From a virus: a stretch of DNA of 64,000 bases. The translations under genes were made by a program, and so were the position numbers. Each line of letters starts with the position of its first letter. Position 1 is the stretch's first letter. The notes beneath the pieces were generated by a model that was not told where the DNA came from, did no database searches, and worked only from the letters and a program-made list of their open reading frames with translations. Shown piece after piece: positions 37,034-48,000 of this stretch. The DNA lies in IMG/VR virus record IMGVR_UViG_3300040801_000976, positions 32,001 through 96,000 of that record. One strand, given 5' to 3'.

Positions 37034-39019
37034 ATGATATTAAAGAAAAAACAATCCGGAGGACGTTTGTTTGCACCAGCACAACTAGATTTTGGTGCCC
37101 GGGATTTTTCCGGTTTACTGAATCAGTTTGACTCTGGAAGAGCCGGAAGAACATCTTCTGGTGTTAGACTTCCTAGAACTACTGCTAAAAGTCAACAAGA
37201 TGTGTCGAGTAAAGGTTTACCGAGCGATATAGCCTATTACCAACAAACTAAAAAAGAAATTGAGTCAGAAATTGAGGACGGTTTTATAGCTGATGAAAAT
37301 TTTGACCAGACTAAAAAATACGAAGCTCTAACAGACAGTTTGTACAGTCTTACAAGCTCTTTCGTACCTACATTCGAAACTAGAAAGAAACAGTTTGAAG
37401 ACGCTAGGAAACGATTAAGAACTGAGAAGGCGTCTGGTATGCCCGCCATAATGGGAGATAAAGTGTTAGTTCAAAGTAAAGATGGATCAATGGAGTTTCT
37501 AGATGATGAACAATTACTACAGTCTCCAGAAGACTATAAGATGTTAACTATACGAGAAGCAGCTGACTTACGATATAACAACCCACAATTCAGCGGTGCA
37601 ACAACACAAGGTCGTTTATTAGATATGGTCATGGAGGATGCGTTTGGTGGCTCTTCATTCAACGATTATATAGGAGATCTTATTAAACAGGCTGGTTATA
37701 CATCTATTGACGGGAAGTTAGCTGACAATGAAAAGCGTATAATTAATATAAATGATATTGTTTTTGAGGGTACTGAGTACAGATCAAAAAGTAATCAGAA
37801 GTCTTTAAATGGTTTAGTTCGAAACTTTGTGACACAAGCTGACCCCGCAGCATCTAACTATGTCCAGGGCATGGCTTTGAAGAATTTATATAACAAAGCT
37901 GCACGCGGGGAAATAGATCTTGAAGATAAATCTCCGCACGAAATAGAACAGATGATAGTTAATAACTACGAATCTTTTGTTTTAAAAACTATACTACCGT
38001 CGTTAAAAGAGGAGTTTGAGTTAGACGGTGATGTAGACGGAGGAGGAGATGGTTCAGATTGGACTACTAAAGATTTAATTAAAACAAAGGTACCTATGAA
38101 TATATTTAGATTCGCTAACCTACAAGTATTAGGAACGGGTAGAGAGTCTGTTGAAAGCGTCCCAGGTGTGAAGGAAGATTCGGATATGGGTTCAATACTA
38201 TATAATATACCGAGTACAAAGATACCGGAAACCAATGAATTATTAGAGAATAAGTATGTTGAATTCGAGGGTGATGACGGTAATAAAATAAAAACCATAG
38301 GAGATAATAATCTTCTTAGAGATATCGGAGATCCGTCGGAAGCTACATTGGCTAACGGAGTAAAATTAGAAGATATTACGGATGGAGGTATGCAAAATAT
38401 TACTACTAATTGGTCAAGTAATATAAGATTAATCATAGCTCCTGTGATAGATGGTAAGGTGACTTTTGATATACCACAAAATAATCAGGTTGTAGATTTG
38501 GTAAAGGAGTTGGAAGAAGAATTGAAGAAAGTTAATTTAACTCCAGAAGATATTCAAACCAATTCTGATAGCGAAGTAGTTCAAGATATCAGAAGAAGGA
38601 TCAACCAAAAAGCCTCTAAGATTCCAAACAGTAACATAAGTTTTGATTTAGCTGTAGCATTTGATGTGTACATGCCTGTTACCAAAGAAGCGGAAAGACA
38701 GTACGATATGTTCTCAGATGCTTCGTCGGTAGCTGATAAAATAAAATCTAGAATAACAGATCCTATAAGAAATAAGAGTAGATATAAATCAGCTAAAGCT
38801 TTTATGCCTGTGAGCAGTTCTTTTTATAAAACTATGGCTGATGCTAATAAATATAACACCAAAGGGGATTATAGTTTAGCTGAGATTAGAGCTATTACAA
38901 CTACCCAACCACAGGGTCTTGGGTCACAGAGTCAGGATGATGTGATAAAAGATGTTACTAAAAAAGAAGATGGTGGTAAAATACCAACCGCGGAAGAGAT
39001 TAAGAATATTTTATTCTAA
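37034..39019 (+). CDS. Putative cargo protein
   Basis: N-terminal KKQSGG, GLPSD motif, C-terminal KEDGGKI; Cys-free. Confidence 0.55.
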   Translation: MILKKKQSGGRLFAPAQLDFGARDFSGLLNQFDSGRAGRTSSGVRLPRTTAKSQQDVSSKGLPSDIAYYQQTKKEIESEIEDGFIADENFDQTKKYEALTDSLYSLTSSFVPTFETRKKQFEDARKRLRTEKASGMPAIMGDKVLVQSKDGSMEFLDDEQLLQSPEDYKMLTIREAADLRYNNPQFSGATTQGRLLDMVMEDAFGGSSFNDYIGDLIKQAGYTSIDGKLADNEKRIININDIVFEGTEYRSKSNQKSLNGLVRNFVTQADPAASNYVQGMALKNLYNKAARGEIDLEDKSPHEIEQMIVNNYESFVLKTILPSLKEEFELDGDVDGGGDGSDWTTKDLIKTKVPMNIFRFANLQVLGTGRESVESVPGVKEDSDMGSILYNIPSTKIPETNELLENKYVEFEGDDGNKIKTIGDNNLLRDIGDPSEATLANGVKLEDITDGGMQNITTNWSSNIRLIIAPVIDGKVTFDIPQNNQVVDLVKELEEELKKVNLTPEDIQTNSDSEVVQDIRRRINQKASKIPNSNISFDLAVAFDVYMPVTKEAERQYDMFSDASSVADKIKSRITDPIRNKSRYKSAKAFMPVSSSFYKTMADANKYNTKGDYSLAEIRAITTTQPQGLGSQSQDDVIKDVTKKEDGGKIPTAEEIKNILF

Positions 39020-39036
39020 TACCACAAAAAATAAAT

Positions 39037-42000
39037 ATGTCAGATAATATCGATAAAAATATAAACGAAGACCTTACTCAGCAAGAAAACAATATTGAAG
39101 TTGTTGAGCAAGAAGTTAAAGATGATGTAAAACAAGTCGACGAGACTAAAGAATTATCTTTTTTCGATAAGGTTATACAGGCTAAAACTAAACCCACGGA
39201 AACCTCTTACTTACCAGGTAAAGAAGATTTCAAAAAAGAGTTAGAAGAACGGGCTGGTAGAGAGTTAGAAGATGAAGAGGTTGACGAGGCTTACAAACAT
39301 ATTTCAGATTATTATAACGAGTTAGCTCGAGAGGAACTAGAAAACGCACAAGTATTTAGTTCCTTTGATTATATGTTTGAGGGCGCGGAGGATGATGTAA
39401 ATTTTGTGGACGAAGGGGATTATCAACCTACTTTGGATGTTACTGTAGAGACTAACTCTGGTGCAAAAAGAATTCTAGATACATGGACAGACCCAACCAG
39501 GTCAGTCAGAAAAGGCTCTATCCTATCTAAAAAGTGGATAGACCATAATGGTGAGGTACGTGAGTTAAACACTGATCTATTTGACGGTATGGTTGGTAAT
39601 AAAGAGTTCGCCAACGACGAGGGTAAAAATATTATAGGATATACTTATCTGCCATCGGATCCTTATGCTAGAGGAACTGGTCTTGTTAAAGCTTTTTACG
39701 AGGGTGAAGAACCAGACGGTGAGGTAGTAAGTAGATGGGATGCCAACGGTAGGTTTTTAAACGGAAATGACTTAGATTTCAGTACATGGAAAGTTCCTAT
39801 TGCGTCCACATTTAATTTTGCTGTCAACCTGGTAGATACGGCTCTAGCTCTATCAGAGAATGTTTCTGTAATAGCAACACACGGAGGTGTTACAGACACG
39901 GAATTCTACAAGGATTTACGTGATGTTAGAAATAAGTTACAATCGTTCAATGTATCTAAGTCTGACTGGGATCAGCAAAAGATGTTTACTGTAAACAATA
40001 TGGTAGACCTCGGTATTAATGTAGGTTTACAATTACTTACAGCTCGTGGGTTAGCAACAGCTTTTGGTAAAATATTAGGAGCTTCCGCCAAATCTGTTAA
40101 AAAACTATCTGCCATGCAGCAGACATTACAACAAACTACGGATCCTGTTAAGAAAAAGGCACTAAGAAGTTCGATTGATAAACTAACTGCTACAATACAA
40201 AAGGCCGGTAAGGGTAGCCAGAGAAGTACTTTATTTATGCTAGGTGCTATGGCAGCCAAAGACGCTTCACAAGAGGCTAAACATGCTGGTTTTACAGACT
40301 TAGAGTCAGCTTATATCTATGCAGCTAGTTTAGGTGGTATGATGTGGGTGAATCAGCTAAGTAATCTAGGATTCGAGCGCGTGGGGCTAAATAGAGCTTC
40401 TAAAATTACTAATAATATATCTAAGCGTATTTTTAATGAAAATACAGCGGCTAAAGTAGTAAAAAATCCTAAGAGTTTAAAAGGTTTAGTTAGTAAATAT
40501 TCCGATGATTTAATAAAAAAGTATAAAGAGGCAACAAGTAAAACGGGCTACGCATCTCATATGCTCTCTGAGGCAACGGAAGAGGAAGCTGAATTACTTA
40601 TGCAAGAAGTAGTCAATCATACGGCAAATTTATATTCTGCTCTTGGTTACAGGGAAGAAGATAGACCTAAATTTAAGACAGTATTTGACGAGGGGTATTG
40701 GGGAGAATTCATGACAGAATCTGTTATGAGTGTATTAGGCGGTGCTATGGGTGGTGCTATGGCTAGAGGATTATTTATACCAAAGTCTGAGTTAAATAAG
40801 ATCAAAGAGTCAGAATTACCCGTTACAGGTAAAGAGGCTGATGCTTTTAAACGTGTAGCATATATGTCTACCAGAACGCAGGAAGGTGCTCAGTGGGAAG
40901 ATATGATGATGACCAAGATGAAAGATAAGAGGGAGAAAGGTTTATTTGGCAGAGAAGATATTTCTACCCTATGGGATAAAGAGTTGGGTAGGTATAAAAG
41001 AATGACGGAACTAACGGAGGAGGAATCAGAGAAATATTTTAGCCAGGCGGAGACTGCTTATAGAGCATCAATGGCACAGTATCAATACTACAAATTAGTA
41101 TTCGCAAATGAATCTGGTAAGTTTGAAGATATAGTAAAAAATAACCCAAATTTTGCCCATTTAACAGAAAGCCAGCAGTTACAAGATGCTACTATGGATA
41201 AGATACAGAGAAAATCTGAAATTCTTAATAGTGCTGATTTGGGTACTATGGAAATAGATACTCTGATTACTAAACTGTCTGATACCAAAAACAAACTTAA
41301 AAAGGATGAGGATGGGAAGGTAGATGATGCTAAATACCAGGAAGAGTTAACTGAGGTATCAGGAGCAACCAAGTTATCTGTAAAAGATGTAGAAGAGTTG
41401 GTTGAAATAAATCAATTTCAAAAAGATGTGTCGTCTGGCGCAATACTAGAAAATGCTTTTATAGACTTACAGCTTACAAGCGAAAACTATAGAGATGTAT
41501 TTTCCCCCGAAACTTTTAGAATGCTTATAGAGTCTGATTCAGAGGCTCAAGATAGTTATCAAGAAAGTAAATTATTGCTAAAAGAGCTTCAGGACAAAAT
41601 GTCTGAGTCATTCGATAAAGTATCGGAAGAAGGTGGTCTAACAGACGAGCAGAAGTCTATATTACTTTCTGGTAAAGCTGTGTTAAATCCTGACACAAAA
41701 GAAAGGTTATTGGAGGTTGTTAGAAATACAGGAGTGCCGTTGGTTGAAAGGAAAAAAGCCGCTGCTATGCATGTTTTGAACTCAATGAAAACCAATGGAT
41801 TATTACAGAATGAGGAGAAGTATTATGGTCAACAGTTAAACTTTTTAGCTAATCTTGAAAAGACTGTTAATACTGACCCAAGTGCTTTACCACAGACCAT
41901 AGAGGGTATGTTGGATAAGATACCACCAGACTACGAAGTATATCCATTTACCCAGAATGAAGAAGTAGAAGCTGTAAAATTAGCTTACGCAAACAAAACT

Positions 42001-45000
42001 TTAAAGAAAATTGCTACGGCTAAGTCTGAGAGTGAATTATCTGACATTTTGTACGATGAAAAAGATGTTACTGCCGCGAACTACGCTGCGGATTATGCTA
42101 CACCAGATTTTCCATTCGCAGGTACCAGTTTAGAGGGTGAACCTCTAATGTTTAACGAATCACCTAATGCCGCTCCTATATACGATGCCGTTGGTTTTTC
42201 AGAAGACGCTAAAGAAAAAGCACAATTACTCGACGCTATAAATAACACGCAGTCAGTAGAAAACGCAGATGAAAATAGGCCCGATGCACTGTTTGATTTT
42301 GACGATAGTAATCCAAACAAAATAAAATACTTAACTTCTAGTTTAGAAGAAAAATATTTATCGTTAACCGGTGGTGAAGAAAATCCTCGTACTTTTGCTA
42401 ATTTATCAGGAGCAAAAAAACTAGCTGATAAATTACGTATGCGAATAAAGCAACTACATTTTCTTGTAGAGAATGTTCCTGCTCTACTAACAATACAACA
42501 AATTAACGAAGAACAGTTTGGTGAATTAAGAGATGATCTAACATACTTTACGAAGCATCTAAATAAAATAGTAGATACTAAAGCTATACGTGAAAACGAT
42601 GCTTATAAATCGCAGTATTTATTAAACCTAGTTCAGCAGCAAGTCAGTCTAATTAAATTATTAGAGAAAACGGAAAGGTTAACTAAGTTAGCGGAGAATT
42701 CGTCCGTGGACTTACAAAAAGCTTATTTTGGTGATGCTGTGAGCTACGCGTCTGATTCAATAGAATCAGTATCGGCAGTATTTTTACGAGATGGAGGGCA
42801 AGCAGTTATACAGTCAAATCCTGCATTGGAAGGTATCGAAGACTTAACTATAGGCTTGAACTACGAAGATACAGATCAAATAAATGTAAAGAAGTTGTTC
42901 GATTCGTTGTACGAAATTAGGAGAAAACTACAAAAAGCTCGTGTCGACAACCCAAAATTTGTAGATGAGTTAGTGACACATCTTTCTGATAAAAAAGGTA
43001 CAGATAAAAGTTTAATTAATACTATACTACTTACACTATCCCCATCGGATTATATTTTTAGTCGAATGAGGTCTGTATATGATGAAGCGATAAAAGCAGC
43101 TGACAGTGTAGAGAAGCTAGAAGCTTTACAATTACCTACGATAAGCCAATTACGTTTAGCGGAGGAAGCTGTTACTGCGTCAACAACATCGTTTCTGTAT
43201 TATGCTAATATTTTACGCGGCAGTAAAACGAAGATGTTACCCATAGCGGTATTTTCTGGAGCTCAGGGTACAGGTAAAACCCAGGTAGTTGGTAAAGATG
43301 CAGCTAAATACGCTCAAGAAGTTCTATATAAGTTAGAACAGGATAAAGCATCTAATAAGTTACCGAAAATATTATTTGCATCTAACTCGGAAAGTCAGGC
43401 TAAAAATTTACGTGTTTCAGCCGAAAAGGGTGATGTTGTCAGCGGAAGTTTAGAAGGTAAGAAAGATGTAACACAGGAAGATCTCTGGAACTTATTCGTC
43501 GGCTCAGATTTATCTGTAAAAGATATTGCTGATAAACTTACTGACATAGGAGCTATTTTTTATGATGAAATAGCTGATGTAGAGTTTGATGCCAGTACTG
43601 CTGGTGTTAAGAAAGGATTCGATAATCCTAAAGAAGCTTTTGTCTTAAATGCTATTTTAGCAAAACTTTCTCAGGTTAACGATTATAGGAAATCACTGAA
43701 GCAGGAAGCTCTGGTATTAATAGGACTCGGGGATACGGCACAGGGCGGTTATATGGAAGGATCACCTAGTCCTAGAAACCCAGACGGTAAAGAACAATTA
43801 ACAGGTAGAGTATTTTCGGTAACAGATCCTACTACTAGTGTTTATAAAGGTTCTGTAGAGTTAAAACACCCGTTCAGATATCGCGTAGGAGAATTAATAA
43901 AAGCTCCTAAAGAAATTCTTGAGAAATTAGACCCGAGGATGAGGTTAGATTCCAAGGAGATGCAGCCCGTTACATTTAACTATAATTTCGAAGAAGGTAC
44001 TTTTACTGGAGTTAAAAAATCTAATACTTGGAACGATATAATAAACGACGAAGATTTAGCTCAATCTATTAGAACTAAACTAGGCGCACCAAATAGTGGA
44101 GGAAACTTTACTATATTAGTTGTTACTGGTAAACATAGTTACGATGGAGTTGTAGACTCTAACTCTGCATTGGGTAAATTGTTGAAGGAGTATGAGGGAG
44201 ATGAACGTATATTACTACGTGGGTTCTATAATGTAAAAGGTTCGGAAGCAGACTATGTATTAGTTAATATGCCTAAAGATCATTTTATACACTCTAAAGA
44301 AGAGGTGGAATCACCGGACTTTGCTTCCCCAGAGCAACTTACAAACAGACTACGTATAATGGCTTCTGTTATTGGTAGAGCACATACGTTTACCAATATA
44401 GCTGTGACGGGAGATTATCCCATACACTCTAATAAAAGTACTACCACCATTATTCCGGTCAACGAAACCAATGAGTTTAAACGTGCTTGGAGTGAAATGT
44501 TATCTGGAGCCATATTATCTAACTATGACGTGATTCCAGAGTCAGTAATACCTAATATTGAAGTAGGAAAAGAGTCTGATAAAAGTGGTTTTGATACATC
44601 GGTTACCGACGAAGAGGGTATTGCCGGAGTGTCGGATCCTTATACTTCATCCGCCACAGAATCTACGGAGTATGCAAACTCTGTTGCCAGGGAGTTGGGG
44701 ATAGAAGAACTTACGGAAGATAATGTTATTGCGGCACGAGAGTTAGCAAAAGAGTTGGAAGATAGTTCCACAGGTACAGATAAAGATAATGCTGGTTCGC
44801 TTAAAGTGTTGCTGAACAATATCTTCAGCGTGATAAAAAATGAAAATGAAGGTGAGGTAATATCATTTGATGACTCAGATCCAATTGGTAATAATTCTTC
44901 TTTCCAGAATATGTCAGACAAGAAGATTATGCAGGAAATAGAGAAACAGGAAGGTAAGATTCTGTTTTTCGGACAGTTAGGTCAAGAAGTTACGCAACAA

Positions 45001-48000
45001 AAATCTTTAGAGAGTAAAAGAAATTATAGTTCTCACCTTTACGACAATGTTCCGTCTGCAGAAAATTTTAAGCCTGAATTCTATAGTGCATTGGGTTTAG
45101 GACCTAGTGGTACATCAGGCATGAGAGATTATAAATATCATGTGGTTAGTTATGAATTTGCTACACAAAACAGGGTTCAGGCATTTAATCATGTTATAGT
45201 AGCCGAAAATAAAAATGGAGAAAAGTTTATAATAGGAACATTAGGAAAAAGAGCTAACTACGATCCTAACGGTGATATAGCTAAATGGATGGATGCAAGA
45301 GAAGAGAAGTTAAAGTTAATAACCGAAGCCTACGCTAACGATGAAGAAGTTAATGTTGACGAAGTACTAACTCCTAGCGAGAGAGTGTCTTTTAGTGAAA
45401 TGCGTAACGACTTTATGTTACCGGATTCCGGTAGAAGAGGATCTAAATTTAACAAACAAAATAGATTCTTCATCTACAACGAAGTACCTAACGGCGCTAA
45501 TATAATAGATGGTGTAACGGTAGGTAACACTGACTCAGGTAATAGTGTAATACTTAATTTAGCAAAGCAAATTGACGAAGTTAGAGCGGAATTACCAAAT
45601 ATAGACAAACTGTCTGCTGGGGAATTTGTAAAAAGTAAGCTCGACGACGCAGACACAGTAAATAGAATTGATTCTTTTAAAGAGAAGGGTAAATTTATAC
45701 CTGTAAAAGATATAGTTAGTACAGATACTAAACAAAGAATTAATCCGTTCGAAATCATAAACGGTAATATGTTTTATTCTATAGGTGGTTATGACATATT
45801 AGGTATCAAACTACGAAGAGGAACTGTATATTTTGCTAAATCAACAAAGGCCTGGGTTCCAGTGCTAGGATTAAATACCACGGACAACACGCTAATACTG
45901 GATAACGAATCCTTAAAGCCGGGTGCTAACTACGACGCGGAGTTTACTAAAATCTCTAATTCATTAAGAAATTTACGTGTAGATAAAAACTTTCAAAAGA
46001 AATTTTCTGATAGTACTTTTTCTGAAAGAGTAGCATCGTTGATGGGATATAAAACAACTATATTCTCAGAAATAAGTAATAAAAATAATTTAAAAAAAGA
46101 ATTACGTAGAATATCAACAGAAAATACAACAAACACGTTTTTTGGTAATTCTAGGTTAACACTAAAAACAGCTATTAAGTTATGGAATAAAACAGGAGCG
46201 CCTTACTCTATTTCTAAGCCTTATGTTATAATGAGAGGAGAGAATGCTGGTAAATCTATGATATTTTATTCGTTTGATAGATCTAAAAATTTACTGGATA
46301 TGTCAGAGGATGCTATTATGAGTGAATATAACGCGATGTTGGATAATATGAAAAACAATCCTACAGCGATGACTTCCAATAGAAATAATCTAGGTTATAT
46401 ATTACTGGACTCTAAACCAACTACAATTCAAGAACTAAATGAATTGTATCTAGGTGTGAGTAATAAAGGTATAACAGATAAATTTAATAAAGTTGTTATA
46501 AGAGGTAATGCCGAAAGTAGATTAATATCATTACTGGCTCATTTACATATAGCGATAAATAGACCTACTTCTACTTCTAAAGTATATCAATTACTAGAAG
46601 ATGTGGACGATAACATCAATAAAGATGCGGTCTATTCCTGGGTAAAATCTAAAGGAGATTCTCAACTTAAGGATATTAGTACAGTTTTGCGTTCTATATT
46701 TCAGGATGAAAATCTTGGGAAAATAGCCATGACTAATACAGATGAAGCCTTAAATAATTTTATAGAAGATATTAAGAAGTATAAGGATAATAGACAAATG
46801 TTAGATTCAATTTATGATTCTTATTATTCTGTTAATGCAACACAAGAATTATTAGATCGTTATGGTATAAATAAAAATAACATGACAGATTTACTAATAA
46901 CTGGTGGGGAAGGTTCGGTAGGTAAAATTGTATTGAACAAACATGGCGTACCTGCGGTATATGGAACAGAATCTACTGTAATAAAATACATTCCTAGTTC
47001 TTTGGTTAATAGTTTAAGTCAAGGTGAAAAATCTTCTATAACACCTTCGTTGGATCTATTGAAAATGTTCACTTTAATACATTCTACTTCTCTTACAGAG
47101 GATAGTAAGAATAATATCTTTGAACAGTTAGATGAGATTATGCCAAATATTGATGGTTTAGGTAAAGGCTTAATGGTATCACCGCTTGCTGTCGACAATA
47201 AAAATCCTATATCTAGAGCGATAACATCAACAAAACAACCTTTAAGTGAGATGTTGACAACTAATGTAAAGCAGATAAAGGAACCTAGTATAGTGTTTGA
47301 TGTACATACAGAACTTGATTCAATATCAACTCCTCGAAAACAATTTAGAGTTGCCGAGGAAAAAAGTTCGGAAAATAAGAATTTATCTGAAACCACCTAT
47401 GAAGATAGAATTAAATCTTCAGACCTTAGAGAACTAAGTAGAATACAGAAAGAAGTAAATAAAGATAACTCATTGTCTTCTGATGAAAAATTAAATATAT
47501 CCTTAAAGATAAAAGAGAGAGTAAAGAGTTTGAGGGGAGAAGGTTCGTCTGTTTTTGATTTTAGAAAAATGTCTTTAGTAGAATTTGTTGGTGATACAGT
47601 AACTCCGGAAGTAAAAGTTGTACTGGAACAGTTTGATAAATTACGACCAGTAATTAAAAATAAAGAAGAGTTAGATAATATTTGGGTACAGGGATTAATT
47701 ACTACACTTAATAATCAACTAAACTCACAGATAAGTAAGTATATATCGAATATACAACAATCGTCTGGAGAAATGGTACAACTATCAGACATCCAGGTGG
47801 TCGAGGCTGCTAAAACAATAGTTGAAAATAACGAATCTATACCCAAATTAGATATTGAAGGGTTTGATGTGTCATCGTTAGAACTTAAATGGGATACTAA
47901 TCAGGACAACATGGGAAATAGATTGGCTATGTTATTGTCATGGTCTGTAGCAGAGGGTGATGAGAAAGCTAAACTTAGAGATATGCTTTTAACTAATCCT

